49,628 nt of DNA from Escherichia phage JMPW1: sequence record NC_041874.1; one strand, 5' to 3'. The translations under genes and the position numbers were made by a program. A model generated the notes under the pieces. That model was not told where the DNA came from and searched no databases. It worked only from the letters and a program-made list of their open reading frames with translations. Positions 25,884 through 35,343 of the stretch are shown in pieces; position 1 is the stretch's first letter; each line of letters begins with the position of its first letter.

Positions 25884-28800
25884 ATGATTCAAAAAGTGAT
25901 AAGTGGATCTAAAGGCGGCTCGCCTAAGCCTCATAATCCAGTTGAGATGGAAGACAATCTAATCTCAATCAACAAAATCAAGATCCTGTTAGCTGTATCT
26001 GATGGTGAAATTGACGAAACATTCAGCCTGAAGCAGTTGATGTTTAACTCAGTCCCGGTGCAAAACGAGGATGGATCGTTCAACTTCGAAGGGGTAAAGG
26101 CTGAGTTCAGGCCGGGAACTCAGACGCAGGAATACATCAAGGGCATGGAGGATAGTTCCAGCGAGGTAACTGTAAATCGTGAGGTTACTACCGATAACCC
26201 ATACACGATCTCAGTGACCAATAAAACACTATCGGCAATACGCATCAAAATGTTCATGCCTCGCGGTGTACGAATTGAAAGTAACGGTGATAAAAATGGC
26301 GTAAGAGTTGAGTATGAGGTGCAACAAGCTGTTGATGGCGGTTCGTTTGAGACTGTTCTTACTGACGTAATTGAAGGCAAAACAATGTCAGGTTACGACA
26401 GAAGTCGACGTGTAAACCTGCCTAGCTTTAACAACCAGGTAATATTCAGAGTTGTTCGAAAGACTCCAGACTCTAACGACTCTAACGTTGTTGATGCGAT
26501 CCAGGTAAAGAGCTATGCCGAGGTGATTGATGCCAAATTCCGTTACCCTCTGACAGGTCTTCTTTTCGTCGAGTTCGACTCGAAGATGTTCCCAAACCAG
26601 TTACCTACGATCTCAATTCGTAAGCGCTGGAAGATTGTAAACGTTCCATCAAACTACGATCCGGAATCACGAACCTACAACGGCAATTGGGATGGGACTT
26701 TCAAGAAGGCGTGGACTAACAACCCGGCATGGGTTCTATACGATCTGATGATTAATCAGCGCTACGGTCTGGATCAGAAGGAGCTTGGAATCTCCGTCGA
26801 TAAATGGGCGCTCTACGAGGCCGCGCAATATTGCGATCAGATGGTTCCTGATGGGAAGGGCGGGACGGAGCCTAGATACCTTTGCGACGTGATAATTCAG
26901 TCACAGACTGATGCGTACAAGGTGATTCGAGATATTTGCTCAATATTCCGTGGCATGAGCTTCTGGAATGGTGAAAGCATCTCGGTAATCATCGACAGAC
27001 CGCGTGAGCCTGCGTACATCTTCACTAACGACAACGTTGTTAATGGTGACTTCTCCTATACGTTCGCAAGCGAAAAGAGTATGTACACGACGTGTAACGT
27101 GATGTTTGACGATGAACAAAACATGTATCAACAGGACGTTGAGCCAGTATTCGATCGCGAGGCGACTCTGCGGTTCGGTAATAACGTAACCAGCATTACA
27201 GCGATAGGTTGCACGCGTCGAAGCGAGGCTAACCGACGAGGGCGATGGATTCTGAAGACCAACCTTCGCAGCACTACGGTAAACTTCGCGACCGGACTGG
27301 AAGGGATGATCCCGACAATCGGAGATGTTGTGGCAATAGCTGATAACTTCTGGTCAAGTAACTTGACGATGAACCTATCAGGGCGCTTGCTCGAAGTGTC
27401 TGGAAGTCAGATTTTCTTGCCGTTCCGTGTGGATGCACGCGCGGGTGACTTTATTATCGTAAATAAGCCAGATGGCAAGCCCGTGAAGCGCACAATCTCA
27501 AGCGTTAGTGCGGATGGCAAGACTATAGAGATTAACATCGGCTTTGGCTTTCCTGTAAAGCCTAACACGGTATTCGCTATCGACAGAACCGACATTGCGT
27601 TACAGCAGTACGTCGTGACAAAAATCGATAAGGGCGATGATGACGAGGAATTTACCTACAAAATCACGGCGGTGGAGTACGATCCTAACAAGTACGATGA
27701 GATTGATTACGGAGTTAACATCGACGACAGGCCGACGAGCATCGTTGAACCAGATCAGATCCCTAGACCGGAAAACGTGCAAGTGTCCTCAGAGTCGAGA
27801 ATCGTCCAGGGGATGAGCGTAGAAACGATGATTGTTAGCTGGGATAAAGTGCCGTACGCAGTTTTCTATGACGTACAGTGGAGAAAGGATAACGGCAACT
27901 GGCAAAACGTTCCGCAGACAGCAAACAAAGAGGTTTATGTTGAAGGGATTTACGCTGGCAACTATCAGGTTCGCGTTCGCTCCGTAGCTGGTTCCGGTAC
28001 GACTTCAGGATGGTCAAATGTCGTAGCTGCGACGCTGACGGGCAAACAAGGTGAGCCGGGTGGACCGATTAACCTTACAGCTACGGATGATGTTGTTTTT
28101 GGTATCCGTACAAAATGGGGGTTCTCTGATGGTTCTGGAGATACGGCCTATACAGAGTTGCAACAGTCACCAGATGGAACAGTGGATAACGCAAGTTTGC
28201 TTTCTTTGATTCCGTACCCGCAGCATGAGTATTATCACTCACCGATGCCTGGAGGGAATATTGTTTGGTATCGTGTAAGGACGGTTGATAGGATCGGTAA
28301 CGTGTCTCAGTGGACTGATTTTGTCAGAGGTATGGCATCAACAAACGTTGACGATATCATTGGGGAGATTTCTGTCGATATCGAAAACTCGCCGGGTTAC
28401 GAGTGGCTTGTTGATAACGCAACCGACAACGCGGCGCAGAACGCAGCTAACGCAGAGGCAGCAATAGAAAACGCGCTCGCCAATGACAAAGACGCGATCT
28501 ACATGAAGAAGGAGAACGGAAAACGAAAAGCTGAGTACACGAAATCACTGAAACTTATTGCTGATGAGACGCAGGCGCGAGTGACGGCGATCGAGCAATT
28601 GAAGGCAAGTTTTGGCGATCAGATTAGCGCTAGCAACAGCGAATTGCGTGAAGTTATCGCAACTGAGACTGGAGCGCTATCGCGTGAAATTGACCAACTC
28701 AGGGCAGAGATTGGTGATGATATCCAGGCAAGTTTGACCGATATCAGAGAGGCTATAGCAAACGAGACTGAGGCGAGAACGCAAGCTGACTTGTCGTTAA

Positions 28801-29303
28801 GCGCGAGGCTTGGGAATAATGAGGCAGCACTTTCTCAAAAACTTGATTCGTGGAGCAATGCAGATTCGACTGGTGCAATGTACGGCGTCAAGCTCGGTCT
28901 GAAGTATAACGGCCAAGAATACAGTGCAGGCATGGCTATGTCTCTGATTGGTTCCGGAGCTGCGGTTAAGGCGCAGATTTTGTTTGAGGCATCACGATTT
29001 GCCATCATGAATGGAATGAATGGTCAGACTCAGTACCCATTCGTTGTTGAGAATGGCCAGGTTATTTTAAGTAGCGCGATTATCAAGAACGGATTCATCA
29101 CTAACGCAATGATTGGAAACTTCATCCAGTCGAATAACTATGTATTTAACCAGTCCGGATGGAGGCTTGACAAGGGTGGAACATTCGAAAACTACGGAAG
29201 TGACGGTGAGGGTGCAATGAAGCAAACTAATACCACAATATCTGTTAGGGATGCGAGTGGTCGCCTGAGGGTTCAGATTGGCAGGTTGACTGGTTCATGG
29301 TAA
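25884..29303 (+). CDS. central tail fibre / host specificity protein J-like
   Basis: 1139 aa, last gene of M-L-K-I-J order. Confidence 0.8.
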   Translation: MIQKVISGSKGGSPKPHNPVEMEDNLISINKIKILLAVSDGEIDETFSLKQLMFNSVPVQNEDGSFNFEGVKAEFRPGTQTQEYIKGMEDSSSEVTVNREVTTDNPYTISVTNKTLSAIRIKMFMPRGVRIESNGDKNGVRVEYEVQQAVDGGSFETVLTDVIEGKTMSGYDRSRRVNLPSFNNQVIFRVVRKTPDSNDSNVVDAIQVKSYAEVIDAKFRYPLTGLLFVEFDSKMFPNQLPTISIRKRWKIVNVPSNYDPESRTYNGNWDGTFKKAWTNNPAWVLYDLMINQRYGLDQKELGISVDKWALYEAAQYCDQMVPDGKGGTEPRYLCDVIIQSQTDAYKVIRDICSIFRGMSFWNGESISVIIDRPREPAYIFTNDNVVNGDFSYTFASEKSMYTTCNVMFDDEQNMYQQDVEPVFDREATLRFGNNVTSITAIGCTRRSEANRRGRWILKTNLRSTTVNFATGLEGMIPTIGDVVAIADNFWSSNLTMNLSGRLLEVSGSQIFLPFRVDARAGDFIIVNKPDGKPVKRTISSVSADGKTIEINIGFGFPVKPNTVFAIDRTDIALQQYVVTKIDKGDDDEEFTYKITAVEYDPNKYDEIDYGVNIDDRPTSIVEPDQIPRPENVQVSSESRIVQGMSVETMIVSWDKVPYAVFYDVQWRKDNGNWQNVPQTANKEVYVEGIYAGNYQVRVRSVAGSGTTSGWSNVVAATLTGKQGEPGGPINLTATDDVVFGIRTKWGFSDGSGDTAYTELQQSPDGTVDNASLLSLIPYPQHEYYHSPMPGGNIVWYRVRTVDRIGNVSQWTDFVRGMASTNVDDIIGEISVDIENSPGYEWLVDNATDNAAQNAANAEAAIENALANDKDAIYMKKENGKRKAEYTKSLKLIADETQARVTAIEQLKASFGDQISASNSELREVIATETGALSREIDQLRAEIGDDIQASLTDIREAIANETEARTQADLSLSARLGNNEAALSQKLDSWSNADSTGAMYGVKLGLKYNGQEYSAGMAMSLIGSGAAVKAQILFEASRFAIMNGMNGQTQYPFVVENGQVILSSAIIKNGFITNAMIGNFIQSNNYVFNQSGWRLDKGGTFENYGSDGEGAMKQTNTTISVRDASGRLRVQIGRLTGSW

Positions 29304-29310
29304 TATCAAG

Positions 29311-29336
29311 GGCATCGAGAGATGCCATTTTCTTTT
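29311..29336 (+). terminator. intrinsic terminator
   Basis: GGCATC-GAGA-GATGCC then ATTTTCTTTT. Confidence 0.5.
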
Positions 29337-29348
29337 GGAGGATTTATT

Positions 29349-29654
29349 ATGGCGTACGGTATATCAACTTGGGACGCAAATGGCGTTTATAATAACTATG
29401 GAATTAAGCCTGTTACGGTTGTTGGTTGGAACTTTTTGTCAGCAGGACAGAATTCAGCATCGTTCAGCTATCAAGTTCCTCCTGGTATGCATGTGAACTA
29501 CGTTATAAGCCTTGACGATGGCGCCATTAGTGGGCCTGGCAGGAAAATTATTGCTAGCGGTAATACGATAACAGTAACGCCAACAAACTCACCTGGGCCA
29601 AACGTGTACCCATCATCAAACTGTTACTTAATAGCATATCTGGAGAATGATTAA
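29349..29654 (+). CDS. hypothetical tail-associated protein (101 aa)
   Basis: ORF trimmed to ATG after GGAGGA. Confidence 0.4.
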   Translation: MAYGISTWDANGVYNNYGIKPVTVVGWNFLSAGQNSASFSYQVPPGMHVNYVISLDDGAISGPGRKIIASGNTITVTPTNSPGPNVYPSSNCYLIAYLEND

Positions 29655-30343
29655 TGTCATACGGTGCTTTTATAGATGTAAACGGAAACCCATTCATAAC
29701 CCCGTTATCCACGCCATTCGCCTTATATGAGAGAGGGGAAATTCAATCAGTAAATGTTAGTGGTTCACAGGTTGCGGAGAGATATGTTCGGATACCTACA
29801 GGTGTTCCGGTTATAGCTTTTTGCAAAACAACAAACACGCAGCAGGGGACCGCGCTTTCAGCCTTTACTTTCAGAAGCGGACCCAATGTTGGAACTGTTT
29901 ATATAAGGGGGACAAATCCAGCAAACCAATCATACACGCTAACATACTACATATTTGCCATATTTGAGCAGTCACTACCGAGCTGGGGTATGGCAATATG
30001 GGATTCGTCAGGAAAGCTAGTGCTGACAAATGAGACAAAAGTCCTTAGTGATTTGGTTACAATCGGCACTCCTGGATACGCTGGAGGTGGATTAAACATA
30101 GACACAACACTCAGCGGAAGCTACGCAGTTGTTCCAACTATACTTGGCAACTATCAAATTGTTATTGGCAGGCTGCCAACTGGGCAACCCATAATAGGAA
30201 ACTCAACAGCAGGCAGCTCATGCAGGTACAACGGGAGCGCAACTAGGATAAATGCAGCAGCAACCACAGCGGCAGGTCAGATAATGAACACCACGAATAA
30301 TGGAAATATCATAACAGCAATCAACACAGCAGCGTATGACTAA
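29654..30343 (+). CDS. hypothetical tail-associated protein (229 aa)
   Basis: ORF; T/N/G-rich composition. Confidence 0.4.
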   Translation: MSYGAFIDVNGNPFITPLSTPFALYERGEIQSVNVSGSQVAERYVRIPTGVPVIAFCKTTNTQQGTALSAFTFRSGPNVGTVYIRGTNPANQSYTLTYYIFAIFEQSLPSWGMAIWDSSGKLVLTNETKVLSDLVTIGTPGYAGGGLNIDTTLSGSYAVVPTILGNYQIVIGRLPTGQPIIGNSTAGSSCRYNGSATRINAAATTAAGQIMNTTNNGNIITAINTAAYD

Positions 30344-30366
30344 GCCCCTTGCGGGGCTTTTCTTTT
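30343..30366 (+). terminator. intrinsic terminator ending late operon
   Basis: AGCCCC-TTGC-GGGGCT then TTTCTTTT. Confidence 0.65.
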
Positions 30367-30592
30367 ATATCGAGCAATCGTGAGACTTGAAGTTTTTCTC
30401 TGATACGTAGTTGAATGAGAATGGGTATCCAGCACGCAATAGCATCTCCTCTCCGCGCATCTTAGATCCAAAAACGTAAACCGAGTACTCTGCGCCTCCT
30501 GATTCATAAATTGCCGTACAAGTGCGCTCAGGCATCGATGAGCAACCAGTCAGGATGAATGCCGCAGCGATAATGGTGATTAACTTTTTCAT
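30365..30592 (-). CDS. small lipoprotein, candidate superinfection-exclusion protein (Cor/Llp-like)
   Basis: Signal peptide ending in lipobox LTGC; lone reverse-strand gene downstream of tail genes; own sigma70 promoter. Confidence 0.45.
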   Translation of the reverse strand: MKKLITIIAAAFILTGCSSMPERTCTAIYESGGAEYSVYVFGSKMRGEEMLLRAGYPFSFNYVSEKNFKSHDCSI

Positions 30593-31116
30593 TTGTATGT
30601 CCTCGTCGTTAGTGTGATTGCATTGTATGTCGCATTTACTTTTATTGCAATAGCACTATTACAATTTTTTCGTGTAACAGGTGTCTATTTTTGTAACCGG
30701 AGCGGGTGTTACAAAATCCACCCCATCCGACCGCAGAGGGATATGATAAAAACTCTATATAATATATATAGATAGATAATATTTAATTTTAGCTTTATAT
30801 ATAATTATTGTTGTGTAACAGTTGTCTATTGTGTAACTGGTGATTTGATTGATTCGTCAAATTTCTATCATATATGTTCAAAATTTAATCAATATGGATT
30901 CTACTTGTAGCTATCTCTGTATTTCTAAGAAAAAGCGGTTACAAGTATTACACAGTAGACATCACATAAAAATAGACTTAAGCCATTGATTCCGTTAATG
31001 CTGGTTGTAACTTGAGCGATATAGACACGCTATTACACACCAATTACATGTATCCGATTGACTAAACGCTGTTAATGGCTATAATGGATTCATCGTAAAC
31101 GAAGGAGATAAACGCA
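30593..31116. promoter_or_regulatory. Divergent AT-rich control region with iteron-like repeats (candidate origin or early control region)
   Basis: No convincing ORF; direct repeats GTGTAACAG(G/T)TGTCTATT at 30672-30689 and 30813-30830; CTATATAATATATATAG at 30755-30771; several TTACACA motifs. Confidence 0.5.
31058..31085 (+). promoter_or_regulatory. Sigma70-type promoter TTGACT-16 bp-TATAAT for recombination operon
   Basis: -35 31058-31063, -10 31080-31085. Confidence 0.55.
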
Positions 31117-32181
31117 ATGTTCCAAGTATTCACATCAAGTCAGCTTTCTAATGACGAGTATCATAGCAACGAAGGTTGGGCGGCAGAGTATGTAAGCGGT
31201 TCGAGCCTTGCAGAAATTTATCAGACTTGCCCGGCTAACTGGCGATTCAAGAAGAACGAGACGACTAAAGCGCTGGAGTTTGGTACTCAGTCGCACACCA
31301 ACTTTGAGAGCCGAGATCTGTTTACTGCATCGTATGCGCGTTGTCCGGCTCCGGCAGAGTTTAAAGATCTCATTACTTCGCAGGCGGCGCTGGCAGCAAA
31401 ATTAAAATCTTTTGGCCTGAAAGGTACATCCGGTAAGCAGTACCCGGACCTCATCAAAATGATGGTTGATTGTGGCGAAGACCTTAACGTTCAATACCTG
31501 ATTGAACTGATCGCAGAGGCTGAGGCGCGCGCTGAAGGAAAGAAACTCGTCGACGCTGATAAATACGACGCCTGCATGAAGATGAGAGCTATACTTGAAC
31601 AGAACCCCGATCATGAAGCGTGCATCAACAGCGAAACAGCGCAGCGTGAAATCTCAATATTCGGTGAAATATCCGGCGTCAAGGTTAAGGTTCGACTAGA
31701 TCATCTTGACTACAAAGAGAATGTACCAGGTCGTGTACTGACTGGTTATGATGAGAATGGTGATCCGGTATTTGAAGACGTAATTTTCCCGGAAGCACTG
31801 ATTATCACAGATTTCAAAACTACGATGAGCGCCAACCCGTTAGAGTTCCCGAGACTGGCATACAATCACGGTTATTACCTGAAGATGGCATTGCAGCATG
31901 ACCTGCTACGTCGCGCAATCCAGGCTGGCGCTTTTGAAGGAAACTTCCCGGAAGATATTCCGATCGTAGTTCGATTGCTTGCGCAGGAGAAAAAAGAGCC
32001 TTATATCGCACTGGCTTACCGTATGACTATGGAGCAAATCAGGATCGGTCGTAACCAGTACATTAGCGTAGTCCACACTTACAAGGCTTGCTCTGAAATG
32101 GATGTTTGGCCTGGGTACGCTGGCGACGCAAGCGAGATCGAACTTGAAACGCCATCATGGGTGCGTTACCAAAATAAGTAA
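31117..32181 (+). CDS. putative recombination exonuclease
   Basis: First gene of exo-ERF-SSB module; D..D/E.K-like ITDFKT segment. Confidence 0.5.
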   Translation: MFQVFTSSQLSNDEYHSNEGWAAEYVSGSSLAEIYQTCPANWRFKKNETTKALEFGTQSHTNFESRDLFTASYARCPAPAEFKDLITSQAALAAKLKSFGLKGTSGKQYPDLIKMMVDCGEDLNVQYLIELIAEAEARAEGKKLVDADKYDACMKMRAILEQNPDHEACINSETAQREISIFGEISGVKVKVRLDHLDYKENVPGRVLTGYDENGDPVFEDVIFPEALIITDFKTTMSANPLEFPRLAYNHGYYLKMALQHDLLRRAIQAGAFEGNFPEDIPIVVRLLAQEKKEPYIALAYRMTMEQIRIGRNQYISVVHTYKACSEMDVWPGYAGDASEIELETPSWVRYQNK

Positions 32182-32255
32182 ACGGCACAAATAGCTAAAC
32201 AAATAATTAATGAGGTGTTATAATGCACCTCATACACCAATCAGGAGAAGTTAAG

Positions 32256-32903
32256 ATGCAATTATCACCAGAAACAAACGAAATCCTTCCTGCACTGTTC
32301 AATGCTCGCAACAAATTCGCGAAAGCAAAGAAGGACGCTAAAAACAATCACCTGAAAAACTCATACGCAACTCTTGATGCAATGATGGCGGCAGTAAGCC
32401 CAGCACTAACCGATAACGATATTATGATCCTGCAATCAATGCTGGATACCAGCACTGAAACAACTTTCCATCTTGAAACTATGCTTATTCACAAATCCGG
32501 GCAGTGGGCCAAATTCTTCATGATGATGCCGATTGCAAAGCGCGATCCGCAAGGCGTAGGTTCCGCAATGACGTATGCTCGACGTTACTCATTAGCCGCA
32601 GCGCTGGGGATTAGCCAGAGTGATGACGATGCTCAGCTTGCAGTGAAATCTGTCAAGGACTGGAAAAAAGAACTTGATGCGTGTGAAGATATCGAATCAC
32701 TGAAAGAGGCATGGGCTAACGCTTACCGCCAGACGGACACGGCAAGCAAGTCAATCATTCAGGATCACTACAACGCACTTAAGGCTAAGTTTGAGATCGG
32801 TAAAGCTCGTGGCATTCGCCCGGCGCAACCGGAACAGAAAAAACAGGTTGAAGCAACGAGCGCGAAGCCTGTACAATCTCAATCAATCACCAACTTCGAA
32901 TAA
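32256..32903 (+). CDS. erf: ERF-family single-strand annealing protein
   Basis: Motif GVGSAMTYARRYSLAAALGI; adjacent to SSB and exonuclease; start at ATG 32256 after CAGGAGA. Confidence 0.65.
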   Translation: MQLSPETNEILPALFNARNKFAKAKKDAKNNHLKNSYATLDAMMAAVSPALTDNDIMILQSMLDTSTETTFHLETMLIHKSGQWAKFFMMMPIAKRDPQGVGSAMTYARRYSLAAALGISQSDDDAQLAVKSVKDWKKELDACEDIESLKEAWANAYRQTDTASKSIIQDHYNALKAKFEIGKARGIRPAQPEQKKQVEATSAKPVQSQSITNFE

Positions 32904-32948
32904 CCATCAGGGCGGCTTCGGTCGCCCATAAATTTTAGGAGAGAAATA

Positions 32949-33365
32949 ATGCATATTATCACTGGCGAGATCCGCAAAGAACCTAAGATTCTTGAACGTA
33001 ACGGCGGCAATACTTATATCATCGAACTGGCAGAAAGCTATAAGCCTCGCGATGGCGATCGTGAATACACCAACTACACATTCTTTTTTAGCGATGGTGG
33101 AAAGCCTGGCCTTGCTGACTGGTATCGTGAAGCGTTCCAGGTTGGTCGCGTAGTATCAGTGTCGTGCGAAACTCTGAAAATCTCATCCCGTGAGCACAAC
33201 GGAACTGTTTACAATTCATTGCAGGCCGCTGATTTTCCTAAGCTGGTATTCAGTCAGCGAGGACAAAGCAATCAACAACAGCGATCGCCTCAGCAACAAC
33301 AGCGAACTCAACAACAACCACAACCGAACCATCAGTCAACATTTGACGATGATATCCCATTCTAA
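32949..33365 (+). CDS. ssb: single-stranded DNA-binding protein
   Basis: Gln/Pro-rich linker and acidic C-terminal tail DDDIPF. Confidence 0.8.
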   Translation: MHIITGEIRKEPKILERNGGNTYIIELAESYKPRDGDREYTNYTFFFSDGGKPGLADWYREAFQVGRVVSVSCETLKISSREHNGTVYNSLQAADFPKLVFSQRGQSNQQQRSPQQQQRTQQQPQPNHQSTFDDDIPF

Positions 33366-33368
33366 TAA

Positions 33369-33397
33369 GAAAGCCCCGCATTGCGGGGCTTTTCTTT
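33369..33397. terminator. bidirectional intrinsic terminator
   Basis: Palindrome AGCCCCGCA/TGCGGGGCT flanked by A-run and T-run. Confidence 0.65.
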
Positions 33398-35243
33398 ATG
33401 ATTGTTTAAGTGATTTTATTTCTTCTTTTAGAGAAGATACTTGCTTTGAAAGCTCCTGTATCGCAGCTATAGCGTCAAGCAAAAGAACGTTCTCATCCAG
33501 TGATAGCGTGTAATCTTCTCCATTCATATTTCCGTACTTTCTAACGTACTGACTATCTATGCTCATAAGTTGTTGAGCTATGAACCCTCTCCTTACAGTT
33601 TTCTCCTTGTCATAATTGTATGTGAATGATCGGTATTTCATTTTCATCAAATTATCAAGCGCCAATCTTGTTTCAATATCATTTATGTCGCTTTTAAGTC
33701 TCTCATCTGACACTGGAGACTTTGAAAATATATAGTTGACAGTACCTGAGTTATTCCCAAACGTTATGTCGTAACTCTCAGCGTTGAACGATGTATTCCT
33801 TACAATGTTACCGTTTGGCTGATTACCTGAAGCTATATCATAATCGTACACCTGAGATATTACCGCGTGGGGGTGAGAACCATTTGGAAAAATAAGCGAA
33901 CCAAGAGAGATAAAATTCCTCCAACCGCCGTTGGATACACCAACGCCGCCACCAACTAAACCAATATAACCGCTGTACTGAGAACTCATCCATGTGTTAG
34001 CCAATGTCAAATAGGTATTACCTGGAGCATATCCAGTTCCATTTGGTACTAGACCCTTGTTAAAAATCAACTTTCCGTCCAGTTTGAAATCCCACGTTGC
34101 CGCGCCCTGCTTATATCTGTCATTGATTGTTGTTATCCTTGTCCATATATCTATTTCATTACCTCCCTGCAATTCGAAAGAGGATCTGTACTTATCAACT
34201 TCACCAACCTTGAATTTTGAATCAATCCTGCCGCCTGAAGAATCGGAACCGCTTGGCGGCTCAGAGTCTACATTTTTATAAATAGACCAGTCGTTTACTT
34301 TTAGGCCTTTCTCAACCCAACCCTTAGTAGTTGCGTCCATATTGCCTTCAGGATCTTTAAGTAACTCTAATGGGGCGTCTGGCCTCAAGTTTTTCCATGA
34401 TTCTAATTTATCCTCAAGACCAGCTAAATTACCGTCCTTAGTTAAAAGATTGTCAGCATTAACGCTATTTGCTGCGTCTTTCGCTTCCTGAGCACTTACT
34501 GCCGCCGCGTCTTTTGAACTAACCGCATCATCACGCGCCGATTGAGCATCGTTCTTTGCAGAGGTTGCAGTTTGTGCTGCCGTTTGAGCGTCATTAACGT
34601 AACCTGATAAATCACCTTTCGCCTCATTAATGGCCTGAATCGCTGCCGCCTCTTCAGTGTCAATGTGAGTGATGACAGATGATTCCTTAGATCCGATATC
34701 AGTAATAGCCTGTTCCTTTGCTGCATTAATACTACCTACAGCACCGTCAACAATTTGTTGAGTCTGGTTCTTGATTGAGTTAGTTTCATCGCGTGCAGCG
34801 TTGGCTGCGTCACGCGCTAATTCAGCCTGATTTTGCGCAGCTTGAGAATCAGGTTTCGCCTTATTCACCTCAGTAACTATTTGCTCAAGTTTATCCATAT
34901 CAAGCTGATTGATGATATCAAGAGCCGCAGCAATCTCAGTTTCTTTGCTCTGGTAGTATCGCAGCGTTTCAGCAACGTTTTGAGCTAAGCCGTTTACAGT
35001 CAGTGAATCGTTAAGCAGGATCACATACTTACCGTCAGCGGCAGTCTGACCATCCGTAGAGATAGCCTTTAACTCAGTGTCGCTCACGATATCGCTGATT
35101 ACAGCCAGCTTAATTGGTTGCTCCAGGAATACGATAGTTGCACCTACTCGAATCAGAGCAAGCTGATCCTTCCATTTTGTATCGGTTCCGCGAACCGTTC
35201 CATCTGCATCCATTGATGCTGTACCGCGTCTATATAAAGCCAT
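33396..35243 (-). CDS. tail fibre with C-terminal intramolecular chaperone (peptidase S74-like) domain
   Basis: 615 aa; coiled-coil A/Q/D-rich shaft; C-terminal SDERLKSDINDIETRLALDNL segment. Confidence 0.7.
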   Translation of the reverse strand: MALYRRGTASMDADGTVRGTDTKWKDQLALIRVGATIVFLEQPIKLAVISDIVSDTELKAISTDGQTAADGKYVILLNDSLTVNGLAQNVAETLRYYQSKETEIAAALDIINQLDMDKLEQIVTEVNKAKPDSQAAQNQAELARDAANAARDETNSIKNQTQQIVDGAVGSINAAKEQAITDIGSKESSVITHIDTEEAAAIQAINEAKGDLSGYVNDAQTAAQTATSAKNDAQSARDDAVSSKDAAAVSAQEAKDAANSVNADNLLTKDGNLAGLEDKLESWKNLRPDAPLELLKDPEGNMDATTKGWVEKGLKVNDWSIYKNVDSEPPSGSDSSGGRIDSKFKVGEVDKYRSSFELQGGNEIDIWTRITTINDRYKQGAATWDFKLDGKLIFNKGLVPNGTGYAPGNTYLTLANTWMSSQYSGYIGLVGGGVGVSNGGWRNFISLGSLIFPNGSHPHAVISQVYDYDIASGNQPNGNIVRNTSFNAESYDITFGNNSGTVNYIFSKSPVSDERLKSDINDIETRLALDNLMKMKYRSFTYNYDKEKTVRRGFIAQQLMSIDSQYVRKYGNMNGEDYTLSLDENVLLLDAIAAIQELSKQVSSLKEEIKSLKQS

Positions 35244-35263
35244 AGTATAAACTCCTTAAGTAA

Positions 35264-35301
35264 ATAGCACTAATTGCTAAACGCTGATTTTATCATTGTG
35301 C
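35264..35301 (-). promoter_or_regulatory. Box in leader of tail fibre gene
   Basis: ATAGCACTAATTGCTAAAC 35264-35282 plus GTGCTAT at 35295-35301; minus-strand -10-like GATAAAAT. Confidence 0.45.
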
Positions 35302-35317
35302 TATCCGACTTGCAATG

Positions 35318-35343
35318 GACAATAAAAAACCGCCAGAAGGCGG
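35318..35343 (-). terminator. intrinsic terminator after primase gene
   Basis: CCGCC-TTCTG-GCGG hairpin followed by T-run on minus strand. Confidence 0.5.

Noticed and set aside
30593-30775. ORF of 60 aa on + strand next to the Cor-like gene
   Set aside because: It overlaps the Cor promoter, operator palindrome and iteron; hydrophobic low-complexity translation; no RBS.
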